In this document: positions 11,353-24,400 of the stretch, in pieces | Layout: the number at the start of each line of letters is the position of its first letter | Numbering within the stretch: the first letter of the stretch is position 1 | Source: Massalongia carnosa | Taxonomy: Eukaryota | Assembly: GCA_965645245.1 (NCBI GenBank) | Contig: OZ287070.1 | Coordinates: 248,001 to 312,000 of the forward strand | Direction: 5' to 3' | Length of the DNA stretch: 64,000 nt | Program-made: the position numbers and the translations under genes | The notes under the pieces: generated by a model | Seen by the model: only the letters and a program-made list of their open reading frames with translations | What the model was told of the DNA's origin: nothing | Database searches by the model: none

Positions 11353-12321
11353 TTACCTCTGGGACGTCTTCTCCAGCTCGATTTGTAGTCGTCGCATGGT
11401 CTCCTCATGTTGCATTTTAGCCATGATAATGGATTCTTCATGCTTCAAAATAATCTCCTGATGATGCTGATCTCGTTGCTTGATTTCTAGATCATTATTC
11501 CTTTGCAGTCTAGCCTGATCAATCTCGAAATCTTTAGATTTCATGAGTTGAACCTCAATCATTGCATCACCCACGGACTTGTTTTTAGATCTTTGCTTAC
11601 TTAGCTTGGGACGAGACGTCTCGCTGTCGCTGTCCACATTCCAGGGACGTTTAGTGGATGATCCCATCTTCTTGTTAAGGGTAGAAGGTTTTAAATGTTT
11701 AACCGTCTTCTTCTTCATCGGACCTTCTTTCAACAAATCCGTTTCGGATTGATTATCTTCATCTGTAGTCTTATCCTTAAGATCAATCTCGAAGTTATCA
11801 TCTTCTGAATCATCGTTCAGTTCTTTTCCGCCTGTCATCAATTCTGTAGTAACATCAGGATGAGTGGACTCTATGAGAAATGGAGGGGTAATAGTAGGTA
11901 GATCCCCCATGATCTCTTCAAATTCATAATACCATGCGCATTTCTTCAAGATAACCTCCTTGATTGTCTCCCCGCGAGTGTTGTCGGCGACAATATCATG
12001 ATTGGTAGGATCCACTGACCATCCAGTTGTATCGGTCAGACTCCGCGTCTCTTTGAAAGTCTTTATCATCTGACTGATTTTGTCCCTCGTCTTTTCCTTT
12101 GAGATGTCCGGTCGTTGCAGTCCCAATCCACTTTCTTCCAACAAACGTCTGGATGCCTCCACGTTATTACTCTTTTGATAGGTGTTTAGATGAGTAAGGA
12201 CTCCATCGCCATCTCGAAAGCAAAGCCATTGAACAATCTGCTGAATGTCTTCATCTTTCCATCTGATGTTGGGAGCCTGGCGAGTTCGAACGATACGAGT
12301 AGGAGGGGGTGTGGACGTCAT
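11353..12321 (-). CDS. Harbinger ORF2, putative Myb/SANT- or trihelix-like DNA-binding protein
   Basis: 322-aa ORF inside the TIRs; W..ED....V.WL and KKCAWYYEFEEIM motifs plus coiled-coil tail; position typical of the second PIF/Harbinger ORF. Confidence 0.75.
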   Translation of the reverse strand: MTSTPPPTRIVRTRQAPNIRWKDEDIQQIVQWLCFRDGDGVLTHLNTYQKSNNVEASRRLLEESGLGLQRPDISKEKTRDKISQMIKTFKETRSLTDTTGWSVDPTNHDIVADNTRGETIKEVILKKCAWYYEFEEIMGDLPTITPPFLIESTHPDVTTELMTGGKELNDDSEDDNFEIDLKDKTTDEDNQSETDLLKEGPMKKKTVKHLKPSTLNKKMGSSTKRPWNVDSDSETSRPKLSKQRSKNKSVGDAMIEVQLMKSKDFEIDQARLQRNNDLEIKQRDQHHQEIILKHEESIIMAKMQHEETMRRLQIELEKTSQR

Positions 12322-15300
12322 CTTTATTTTAGAACTGTTGGGGCTGATTCTGAGAATTTCTATTAACTAGATTTTGAGCCCTGACAAGAACACCCTGACA
12401 AGAACAGTGGTCAGCTATAAAAGAAGACGAGGTAGTAGTATTCTTACCTTAATTGTACGATTCGTTGATGCCGTTGATCATTTACCTTATAATTCTGATG
12501 AATGAGGTTAGTGGATTGAAGGATTTATGAGATACGGGTTTATGAGATAATGGTTTATCGGTCGATTTTGACCGATAAACCATTATTCCCGTGTTCCCGT
12601 ATTTATAAAAAAAAGGGGTAGAGTTAAACCTATATAGGTTTAGTCTGCTTACTAATATTTACGGGAAAACGGGAATAATGGTTTATAGACTCGAAAATTT
12701 CTACTCTGAAAACCCCTAATACAAGGAAAATCTTTTAAGGAAGAAAAACCAAGTAATCCGATACTTCCACGAATACTCTCCGAGTCTCCGTCGAGAGATC
12801 TTCCTAAATAACAGTTGACCGATGACAAGTTAAAGAATAGAAATTGACGTATTTTATCGCCAATTGTCAATGATATAAATGCTGTGCTGCTAGTGAGAAC
12901 TGGGTCAGTAAGCCGGTCTTCATTAACCATGCGGTGACTAGTTTCATCGCTCTAGATGAGTCAGTAATGAGTCGATAATTATTTGTTCCTATGGAGCGTA
13001 AGATTGAATGTCTGTTGCTGTTGAGTTTACAAAACATGATTACATGTTTCGCGGTTTGTTTTGGCCAGCCAGATGGACACTTCGGTGTCAAGACGTCGTG
13101 AACGCTACGTCTAAATAGGAAGTCGGCTAGACCTATCTTTTCTGAGCGTATCTGAATCTTTAGAGCGCTTTCTGTTTTGGCTAGAGTTTCGTGTAATTTG
13201 ATGCGTTTTTTTATGAGTGGGGCTGCTTGTGCTGGAGTAGGCGTAGATGTGAGGTTCTGATATGATTTCCAAGAGGTCTGCCATGCGTCTGTATATCGTT
13301 TTTTTATTTTTGCGATTATTTTGCCTTGAACGGCACGCGCTTCTTGGATGTCTCGAGCTGTATTTGGGGGGGTTTCGGCCCATGGTGGGTTCGCTACCGG
13401 CATCAGGCTTTTTTGTGTATCCGATGTTATTTTCTTGGCCCATGCATATTTCAGCGTTCCCGGAGTACTCGCAGGAGCTCGCTTTCGTCCAGCCCGTCCT
13501 CTGAGTTTGTTTGCAATGGAGTTGCATGCATTGATGATGAATTTCTTTTGACCTCCCTGACACAAGCGATGTCTAGCCTGAGCCTGAAGTTGATCTAGAT
13601 GTATATCAATTGGGGCTATGTACGTTTCCGCTTCCAGTACCGGTATGGGAGTCGCCTTAAATGCCCCAGCTATAGTTCGTAAGCATTTATTCTGTATGAC
13701 GGCTAGCTTGTTTGAGATGCCGTTCGATTTTTTTATGTCCTTTGGCGTGTGCCATATGGTAGAACCATACGTCATGGCCGGACGGACTACGGCGGTGTAT
13801 ACTTGGCGGGCTTTTGGAAAGGTGGCGCCCCATGTGGAGGTAGAACTTTTTGTCAGTGCCTTGGATTGTTTTGTCAATTTTTTCTGGATCTTTCTGACGT
13901 GCGGACCCCATTTCAATTTTGTGTCGATTCGAAGTCCCAAGATTCTAATGTCCGTTTTTGGTTCTATGTTGCTTTTTCTATTCTAACGACAGTAGACATG
14001 TTGAATTTCTTCGGATTTCTTGACAAGTGTATCAGTTCGTACTTTTTCGGTGCAAAAACTGATCCGTGTCGAACAGCCCATTTTTCGCATTTCTTGTGAA
14101 TTTCCTCCAGCGTTTTGCAGTTTTCTTCCGTGCTTTTCCCATATGCTAGTACGTTTATGTCGTCTACGAAACCTAAGGCGCTCGTGTTTGTTCCGGGTCT
14201 TTCGCATATGTCTAACAGGTCTGCGTTATAGAATAGATAAAGGATAGGAGAAATAGGAGAGCCTTGTGGTATTCCAGTTCGTACTTCGAATATGCCGGTG
14301 ACTCGGCTATGTATTGCTAGCGTGGTGCTTCTTTCGTTTAAAAAACTGTCTACCCAGTCAGTAATCCATTTTGGGGTTTTTCGTTTGCGCAGGTTATGAA
14401 TTAAACGTCGATGTGACACTGTATCATACGCTCCTGCTACGTCCATGCTTAACAGAGTAGCTATTTTGTCGTTGCCTTGTCCCCATACTGTGTGGATTTG
14501 TTCAGTTAACAATTCTAGAGCAGTTTCGGTTGATCTTCCTCTTCTGGCCCCCATCTGTGTGTCCGGTAGGAGTCTGTGGGTTTTCGCTAGGTGAGTAATT
14601 TTCTTGGACATGATAGATTCCATAACCTTGCCGAGCGTGTTCAGAAGTGCTATGGGGCGATAGGCGTTCGGAGCCGTATAGTCGTCTTTGTCTATTTTTC
14701 TCAGTGTGATTGTATTTGCGGTCTTGAATGCACGTGGATGATATGCCTGATCTATGCATGCTTGAAACAAAGGAGTTAGTAAATCGGACAGCTTTTCGGA
14801 GCATGCCTTTACAATTCTGTTGGCTATTCCGCCCGGACCAGGGGCCGTGTCGGGCTTGAGTCGGCGTATCGATTCTGTCACTTCCGATCTGGTTACGATT
14901 ATGGGACAGTGGGGAGGGCTAGGATAGAAAGAGCCTTCTATATCGCTGAGGTCAGCAGGAGGGGCGGGTGGGAAGAATTTCTGTTTAAGCATATCCGTTT
15001 TTTCCTCGAATGTGGATGAGGTTAGGCATTTTTGGAAGTTCTCTTGTCTTTTCACTTTTGTCTTTTGCCCATTTGGCTAGTCGCCATAATCCCATGGATG
15101 ATTCAGTGGCTTTTTCTATTTCCTTGCGAAACGATAGTCTTTTAGCTTTTTGAATAACTTTTTGTTTTCTGTGATTGGACTTCGTGTATGTTATCCAGTC
15201 TGAGAGGTCTCTGGAATTGGTCCAGACTCGTCTGAGCCTGCGTGTTTCTTTCGTTATTACACTGCAATCATCATTCCAAAAGGGTTTAGCGTACTTACTG

Positions 15301-17797
15301 GGTCTAGCCCATGGAACGGCGGCATTTATGATTTCTTGAAGGAATTTTTGGATCGATACGGTGTACGCGTCAATTTCGGCGTGAGAACGTGGGTAGTAAT
15401 GGGGGGAGCCTGTTTTTCAGCTTCCCTAAATTTTCCAATGTTCAATAACTTCCATGCTCTACGCTCGATGATTGTTTGAGGCTCACTGTCAAGTGTTATT
15501 CGGGTCGAGATTGGTATGTGATCAGATGACTGATTCAGTTCAGGTCTTGACATGCAGTGTTCTAATCTTTCGGTTAAATTCTCCGACATGAATACAAGGT
15601 CGATTGTGCTGAACGATTGTCTAGCCTCCCATGTGATAGTGCCTTTTGGTAGCGTCAGTGATAGACTGGACTCTTCAATTATGTTTAACAGTTGATCTGC
15701 GCCCGCATATTGCGTTGTTCTGGACGGATCGTTCCAAAGGGGATGATGTAGGTTGAAGTCACCTAACAAAATGTGATTTGATCCTGTCGTTAACTGACGT
15801 TTTACAATCGGTAAAGTTGACGGACTGTCTATAGAGGAATAGGAAGCGGGGGAAGGATTGTACACGTTATGAACGTGAATCACTTCTGATGTTTCTCCAA
15901 TTTTTGTGCGTATTATTAGGGTGCACATGTCTGCCGACGGGAATTCTACCTCCCAACTATCGGGATCAATTGAGTCATTGATGTAGAAACATACTCTTGT
16001 GTCTCCATTACGATATAATGGGTGAAATCCACTTTGATGAGAGCTTAGTGTGGTAGGAGCAAAGGGATTGCGCCAGGGTTCTTGAATAGCGATAATGTCA
16101 TAATCCTGAGTGTTCGGGTCTGCTAAGAGGGGTAACATAGTACTCACTCTGTCATTTCTGACGTTATACTGTAGTATGGAGAGAGAGTTTGTGTTCCTCA
16201 TAAGACGTCCATGGAGTTGACCTGAGAGGTCGTGGGGGCGGCACTAGTTGACGCATTTGCATTGAGGATAATGGGAGCTGTAGACTCATCTCGGGCCTAA
16301 TTGGTGGCCTACCTACGATTGGTTTTGCGAGGGCCTTCGCCATGTTCTCTGGGTTCATGATACCGGTGTCAGCCCAGTTTTTTCCGATTCTTGGAGGAAT
16401 GGGAGGCGAATCCGGAGGTGATACGATTTTCCGCTTTTTGCTGCTTGCGTTGTTTGTGTTTGTGTTTATGATTTCGCCTTGAAATCTAAACGGGGCTGGT
16501 GCGAGGGCGACAACTGAGTAAAACGGGACCCGATTTTGCATGGCCTTGTCTGCTTTACGTTTTTCTGATTTCCTGATTTCGCAAGATGTAGACCATGCTT
16601 CATGTCCTTTCTCATTGCATGCAGCATATCTTCGGTATCTACCCGTTTTTTCCATGTTGCATTCTGCGCTAGGGTGGCCCCCGGCGCAGTAGCCACAGGT
16701 GGTAGGGTTTGTGACAGTTGAAGCATTGCGTCATAGTGCATCCCTTGTGAACCTTTCGCAGTCCTTGATTTCGTAGTCGACAATGAGGCCTTCGGCTATG
16801 ATCCGGTTGGCCGTTTCGGCGGTTGCGACTTCCATGTGTAGCGTCTTTTTCTCTCTTATAGCTTTAGTGGACCAGGCTATTTTCTTGATATTCATGTCTG
16901 GATGCAGGCGTGCATTAGCGGTCTTCAGGGTATCCTATGGCTAGTGATTGGTTCGCAGTTTTGATGTGTTCAACCTTGACCCCGTTTACTCTGACAGAGT
17001 AAGTTCGTGTCTTTATTGCCGCAGATTCGGCTATCTTTTGGGTCCATTCTGAGTTCTCTTGTAGAACCTTTTTAGCCTCTGCAGATTCAGTGTGAATTTT
17101 GAGGTCTCCACTGATAAGCCGTGACACTCCCCGGATCCCTTCCGTCTCTGCTTGTAGTGTCTCCACGAGATCTTTAGTGGTCATGTTCTTTAGTTTGTCT
17201 TTGTCCGTTTCTTTAGATACGATGATGGTGATTTCCCTAGCCTTTCGCACTTCTTGAGGCGAGAGCTCATTGCGTTTTAGGGGTGCGGTAGGTTTAGTGC
17301 GACGTGGAATCGGTGGAGCCTCGACGGCCTGGCCTCTAATTGCAGCAGCGGCGTAGTTGTTTGCTTTTGTGATTGGCTTTGTACTTTCGATGCGAGCAAG
17401 ACATTGCTGAATTTCTCTTAGGGTGTTGTTAAGGGTGGACGGTGTTTTATCGTCAATATTCCTTTGATTTAGAAGAAATTCTCTCACTTCCTTCAGGACC
17501 TCGGTCCCCTTCGGTTCCCCCCCATCTCCTACTTCTGTGAGGTAGTCCATGGTTCTAGACAGCAGACGATCCCTCTGCTGTGCGTGTGCGACCGCGAACG
17601 AGTTTTAGTTGAGTGTTCATGTTTCCGCCAAATCTCCGAATCGATATACGGTATAATGTCACTTAGAAATTGTATTCCAAATGGAGTGATATATGTTATA
17701 CCATTTTGCAGTCTATAGAATAGTGCGGTTAATGATATCCTTTCGATTGTCGTTTGTATGAACTTTCAACGTAGTTATTCCAGTCATCATGCCTCGA

Positions 17798-17929
17798 AAA
17801 CAGCCTCCTAAACAGCCTCCTAAACAGCCTCCAAAACAGCCCCCCAAACAGCCCCCCAAACAGCCCCCCAAACAGCCCCCAAAACAGCCCCCCAAACAGC
17901 CCCCAAAACAGCCCTCCAAACAGCCCTTC
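17798..17929 (+). repeat. 12-bp minisatellite (AAACAGCCYCCH) x11 encoding KQPP repeats
   Basis: Direct tandem repeat inside the ORF starting at 17789. Confidence 0.95.
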
Positions 17930-19233
17930 AAAAAACCCAGAAAACGGGCATCTACTACTGAATTGTCTAGGAACTCAGCACCTCCATCCAACAAAGGCTT
18001 AGAATCAATCCTCCTAAATCATCATCACCAGTTTTAAACACTTTGAACCCGACTGTAGAACCTTCCCCTCCTGCCCGTATTCCTGATCTTCCATCACGTT
18101 CACCTTCATCATCTCCTCCAGCTTCTCCTTCGGCTTCGCCTTTACCTCCTCCTCGTCTCCTCCTCCCCGAGCCAAGGAATGTTCGTCCGACTCGCAATAG
18201 TGCGCCTTCTCCTTGTCTTACTGAGCTATCTAGTGCTCCTGAACCTGAGCCTGAGCCCGAGCCTGTTTGGTTTACTCTGATTTACAAACCATTCAGCAGT
18301 GGAAAGGTACTGCTTATGAGGAAAAATGGGAGAAAATGGGAATCGAACCTGGCATCGGCATACGTTTGGCTCGCGACGTCAGCAAATTTGCTAGACAGTT
18401 GAATCAGCAATCATCTTAGCACGATTCTGAATCTATAATTGTTCCTCCTCCTCCATCAGAATCACGTTCCTACGGTCAATTTTTGTCAAAAAATTTTCGG
18501 CCAAGCTTCAATGTTCGTCCGCTAACTACTAGGGCTCCACAAAAGGCTTTGAATGACGAGGAGGGGGAGGAGAAGGAGGAGGACCTAGACGAGGATGAGG
18601 AGGAAAAGGAGGGGGAGGAGGACGAGGAGGACGAGGACAATCAAGAGGACGAGGAGGATGATACGGAAGACAGTAGCTTTATCAGAGTTGTGAAAATTGA
18701 GGAATTTGTTTGCAACGCGGATTAGATCTTGTATCGAGAAATTGTGGTATATATACTTTATCTATACAGTATCTGATTCATGATTTTGCTTCTCGACAAT
18801 AGAGGATTTAAAGCATGAATAGAGTTCGAAATCAAGAATCGTTAAAATAGAGATCCGAGGGTTGTAGAAACTTGAAGAAAAGGAACTTGAAAGCACAAAA
18901 TAGTCAACGACTTAGCGATCATATTAAGATGCTGATATCTCGGAGTAAATAAGATTTTTATCGATAGATAAGTCGATAGGGGTTTCAAAACGCCGAGGAC
19001 ATACGTACAATCGCTATTGTTATTCCAGGCTCAACTTGAAATATTGAAGGCATGGGCCGAGCTCGGTTATGATTTAGGCCCCGTTCGGTAACCTCCTTAT
19101 TGTCAATAAGGAGCCTCCTTCTTGAAAATATGGAACCTCCTTATAATGAAAAAAGCCTTCCGTTCGGTTCGGCCTCCTCCTTATTTTTTAAGGAGTCTCC
19201 TTCGCGGCAAGTTCTATAATTGGTATATTGCAC

Positions 19234-19477
19234 AGGGTCTGCAGGGATTGTTGCAGGGGGCCAAAAAAAGGTGGTCGCGAGGTCCTTTTTTTTATTAAGG
19301 AGGGTTCTATTTTGCATCTGTATTCGACGATTGTCTTTTAAATATGGAACACTACTTGCAGCGACGATCGCAAACAGCGACGGTTATCAATTTAATCTTG
19401 ATGAGAATTTTTCCCAATCTAATTCTGACTACTCAGCATGAGCGAATAGAGGCAAAGAATATACGACGAGTTTACTT
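19234..19477. repeat. Inverted copy of the 365-882 terminal-like repeat, without the solo LTR
   Basis: Reverse-complement alignment by eye. Confidence 0.75.
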
Positions 19478-19612
19478 GTCAATAGCTTCTTATTGTAGCC
19501 GCGAATAAGACGCTATAATTGCACGGACACCAGCTTATTCAGGGGTGCAAAAGGAGCAGTCTTAATGTTACCGAACAGACCCTTATGATCTTGAAAAAAA
19601 CCGGGTTAGAAG

Positions 19613-20554
19613 TTGCTTCGCGTTATCCTTGTTCTTCTCTTTCTGCACTTTATTTCTTTGCCTGACAACGGTCTCGTTCAACATAGCTTAACTGAACTCC
19701 TCAGAATAAAACAATATTGCGAGAGCGCTCGATCCTGGCTGGGAACTTGTCGACATCAGGTTTTCACGTTGGCACGTGACTGCGATATGCTGCAGGATTG
19801 GCTATGGAACGAAACCGAAAAGGGGGAGACGTTTTTCCAGACCCCTTCCGATCAAGGTACTGCTCAGTCTCAGCAAATCCAATCGCTCCGCTTCGATCAG
19901 TATTCCTACCTCATCTACAATCGCCAAACCAATTGGGTGGAGCAATAGGATCAAAATAGACCGCGTGATAGCCGATATCTGAATGACAATCTGATCAACT
20001 TCTATCTCTTCTACATACGAAACGATTACATACGACAGAGTTTTGAGTATGTTTGCAAAATTTACTCCTTCGATCGAATTCAAAGCCAGCAGCAGATCAA
20101 CAACCCTTTGAGAAAGTAGATTGCCTATATCCTTGACTGCAGCTATGCTATAGTGCCTGTCAATGAGAATTTCCATCGATACGTGCTTGTTGTAAGAACA
20201 TCAAAATTAAAACCTGTCTCCTTCGTGTATCATGGCCTTTGATTCGCTCGGAATCTCTCGAACATTGGAAGTCTCGGGCAGTATAGTTATCCCAGCTAGA
20301 GTTCTCCAAAAAACTAGCAACGTAGATGATATTGCCTATTCATGTCTTGACGGATTGAATCTCCCTTTGCAAGCAAACAGGCACGATGTGGAATATATCT
20401 CCTGAGATACATGAAGAGTTCTCTGCAAGATTCAGTAGCAATGCTTGCCGCTTGCGAGGGATCACGAAAGAAACAGGAAACCTTTTTTGATACCTTTGAC
20501 CCTTTGTATTTTCGTCTGGAGATCGAGAAGATCTTACTGAGTTTGCTGAATTGA
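19613..20554 (+). pseudogene. Ulp1/C48 SUMO-protease-like pseudogene
   Basis: Reading through stops and frameshifts gives RYLNDNLINFYL, YAIVPVNENFH, IMAFDSL and Q-A-N-R-H-D/CGIYLLRYM (His-Asp-Cys triad order); start approximate. Confidence 0.75.
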
Positions 20555-21484
20555 CAGGTTCGCTTGTCTTTAATGAATGATACGATGTATCTCTTTTCTT
20601 TTCTCTCTCTCTATACACAGAATTCTAGGTCTAAGAAAGACAACAGTTAAACGTAATACTCTTCTTGCTAGTATTTGATAGACCGGATCTTGGCGTCCTT
20701 CCTAATCTGGGAAAGCGCCTCAGCATAGCTTCTCGCCGATTTCCCAAGTGAATCAATATCTTCCGTCTGCCTCGCTCTGCTTTCAATTTTCTTTCCACAC
20801 CATATTCACTTTCCTGCGCCAGACGCCTTTTTCCCGATTGACCTCATTCTCTTAGTTGCCAGCTCCTTGTACTTATCTTCATGACTCCATGCTCGGACCT
20901 TGAGCCGTGACTTACGTCAGACAGCAAGCCGACAATTGCGACGATCGCTTTAGCTTCTGTGCTACCAATCCAGTCAAGAGCTTCTCGAGATGTGTATGAA
21001 CACATGTGCTTTGGGTTCAACAATCACTGAGACACTAGATTTTGAAAGATCTCTCGAAGCCCCCCTTTCCTGCTCCTTTTCAACCCTGACCTCATTGATT
21101 TCTTCTTGGCGTTTGTATTTTGCTTCCGCGACCTGTTGCGCTTTGGATGTGTTCGTATGACGATTCCCATATGCAAAGTGTGAGTTGTCGGCGCAGCCAT
21201 GAGAAGAAAGCCAGTGAAATACATTACTGATCGAAGCTACCGTACTTTGAGCATGATCAAGAAAAAAAGATCTTGCATTGTGAAGGAGACTATTTCAATG
21301 TGTCGTCAACGCACGCCTCATAGCTGAATTATCAAGCGATCTACTAACATCTACTGTATCGGCTCGTGTGGGTTTCAGACTTCGATTCGGTCTGACATGA
21401 CGACGACCGTAGAATTCGGAATTGCCTGGATCGGAAGTACGCTCGAGAAAACATGCATCGTTCACATGATTGATAGATCACACT

Positions 21485-24400
21485 TTAGATCCTTCTAAGC
21501 CATCTGCGAAATCTGGTTCGCCTTGCGGATTTCGTCAATAAAAATTGTGGATGCTCGTCAGATGGGGAGCTTTGTGTCAACTTTAGTAGGTTAGTATTTT
21601 CATACAATTTGAGAGTCTGCTGGCTTACCTCTTTCGAGTTGTCAATTGTTTCTACCTCAATCTGCTTTAAATTCGCAAGATTGTCCATCGCAAGAAGGGT
21701 GGTTGAATGTTCGCTTCCCAACCTCTTTCGACTTGCTTTCAGCGTCTCTTCTATCAATTTTATTGCCTCTTGTTTGCGTCCTAAATCGCTATAACTAATT
21801 GCAAGATTGTTCATCGCAACGAGAGTGTCCGGATGTTCGCTTCCCAGCGTCCTTTGATGTGCCTTCAACACCGTTTCTTCCAATTCCATTGCCTCCTGTT
21901 TGCGTCCTAAATCGCTATAACTAACTGCAAGATTGTTCATCATCCTGAGAGTGTCCGGATGTTCGCTTCCCTGCGTCCTCTGATGTGCCTTCAGCACCGT
22001 TTCTTCCAATTCCATTGCCTCCTGTTTGCGTCCTAAATCGCTATAACTAATTGCAAGATTGTTCATCGTATAAAGATTGTACGGATGTTCGCTTCCCAGT
22101 GTCCTCTGACGTGCCTTCAACACTGTTTCGTTCAATTCCATTGCCTCCTGTTTGCGTCCTAAATCGCTATAACTATTTGCAAGATTGTTCATCGCCATGA
22201 GAGTGTCCCGATGTTCGCTTCCCAGCGTCCTCTGACGTGCCTTCAACACCGTTTCTACCAATTCCATTGCCTCCTGTTTGCGTCCTAAATCGCTATAACT
22301 AATTGCAAGATTGTTCATCGCATAAAGAGTGTCCGGATGTTCGCTTCCCAGCGTCCTCTGACGTGCCTTCAACACCTTTTCTCCCAATTCCATTGCCTCC
22401 TGCAGCCGGCCATTCTCACGAAACGCCAACACAAACCCCTCCGCCACCCTAACACGATTGAGCTCTGAGTATTCGTCAAGAAACGGCTTATCTCTGCAAA
22501 GACTTATGCAAGACTCGATATGAGGCAGCAAAGACCGTCGGAAGCGATAGTCGATTAGCGCATATTCCCAAGACATGGTAGCAGCTAGGGTGGAACTGGT
22601 TATTATCCAGGAACATCTCTGAAACTCTTCCGAGAGTCGGTCTCTGGCCCACACATGTACCAATGGATGTATTGACATGCGACGCCCCGTTTCATCAATC
22701 CTTTTAGTATCTCTCTCTCTACCTAAATTTATAAGTGAGAACGACGCAAGAAGATCTGCCGCTTCTCGAATCATTGTTGGATCCCAATCTCCTGCTTTTT
22801 TTTGAGGTTGCATGTAAAACATATGAATTATATCTTGAGACGAGTCTCCTCTCCTATAGTTATTTCTCCACGCCTGCTCAAATATGTCTTCGGTAATCCC
22901 ATCGTAATGCAAGAAGCTAAATATTTGAAGGAGTTCCATAGCATTATGAGAAGTCTCGTCACGCCTCTTCTCGATTGCTTCGATGGAGATCTCCCAGGTC
23001 GTGTACACGCTATATTTATAATCGGAGCTCGCTTGAACTGAGCGATGCCTTAGCAGTTTTTGCCGACGACGGGTGTACACGTCACAGTATTCTTCGATGC
23101 TACAGAGACCGCGCCGTATATATGCGCCGGCTTGAGTGATTGCAAGCGCTAAAAATCCCAACGTCTGGATTACAGGCTTTGCCTTCCTTCGTGCATCCTC
23201 ATCAGCAGTATCTTCCGCCCCAGCAGCTTTCAATAGAAGCGTCACGGCCTCGTCCGTGTTCAGTTGTCCGAGCTCGCACGAGCCTATAGTTGAGTGGATC
23301 TTACAGTCAGGATTGCGAGTAGTGAGCAGGATGGAGCCTCTATTGCCTGTCGGAAAGAAGTCGGAGACGTCTAGAGACGGGTCATCGGCGTTGTCAATGA
23401 TCAGCAGCCAGGGATCTTGATTATTCGACAACCATTGTCTTACAGCCTTAGGGTCCTCTTCCACTCCACACGTTCGAGATATTTCCAGAAACCCTTGTTG
23501 AGCTGTAATGTAGCTACTCGCATCGATCCAGAAGATGCCCCAAAACCTAACCTTGAGCATCAGTCCTGTAACAGACACAAGCCCGAAAGCTCTCGGGTTT
23601 AACCACTTACCTTTCCCGATAATCTTGAGCGAATTTAAGACAGGCTTGAGTCTTTCCTGAGCCTCCTAGGCCAAACAAAACAAACCTTTTCTGCTTGGAA
23701 GGCATTTTTCCATTGTCGAAAGGTAAACACCCTTCAGAGATGTTTTGAATTAAGTCATCGCGGCCAGTGAATATCGTACTTAAGTTGAGAGGAACACAGT
23801 AATGTTTGTTATAGGACGAGACTCTGCAAAGATCTAGATTCACATGAGCAAAATATATATGCAAAATCATTTTAAATGAGTACTTTGGTTGAATCTACGT
23901 ACAGAATTTATTTGAAGGAACGCTATCTTGTTCCTTTATCATCCTACGAACCCTCTTGAAAAGCTTCTCATACACGTCGTCCTCGCGCTCCATGAACTTG
24001 CACATCTCTTCGTGGTTTGCGTCCACTGGAATCTGTTCTTCTCCGTCGATCTCTAACAGTGCAGAATGTTTCTCCACGATCTAGTAAAAATTGTTCTGTT
24101 GGTCAAGTTCATATTTATAAGCAAAGTTCTCATCTTGGTGCTTACCAAAGTGGAAAGCATCTTCATTGGCTTCATCTCGTAGAAGCTATACACCTGATAT
24201 TTTGGCAGCTGAAATCTAAAGCTGGTCGTGAGTGACATCAACGCCTCACTGTTCACTTGCAAGGCATTGACAAGGCGTGGCGATGGTTTGTTCAGAACAG
24301 CCGTAGCAAGAGTTGCAAGGACCTTTCCGTATGCTGCTTTTTCGCTTCCCCGATGAGGAGTTCCCAGAAACACAATCCCGATTGTGGACTCGCTGATGCT

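Larger units (their letters stand above)
9893..12717. mobile_element. PIF/Harbinger (PHIS) superfamily DNA transposon, Pangu/AWT type, apparently intact
   Basis: 19-bp perfect TIR AGGGGTTTTCAGAGTAGAA extending to about 55 bp imperfect; 3-bp TSD AAT, confirmed by the empty site in the second LINE copy (near 28087); two convergent ORFs. Confidence 0.92.
9817..17703 (-). mobile_element. Near full-length Tad1-clade LINE, frameshifted, interrupted by the element at 9893-12717
   Basis: ORF1 about 17620-16164 with degenerate zinc knuckles; ORF2 16201-12867 with APE (IAIQEPW, GDFNLHH, SDH), RT (YRPIALL, PQGSP, FVDD) and C-terminal C-x-x-G..H..C finger; (ATC)n tail; 5' end approximate. Confidence 0.9.

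Noticed and set aside
17713..17994. GCLG/GCFG repeat protein on the - strand
   Set aside because: It is the antisense reading of the KQPP minisatellite
21680..22400. CRISPR-like array
   Set aside because: The units are in-frame 126-bp TPR repeats without unique spacers, in a eukaryotic gene
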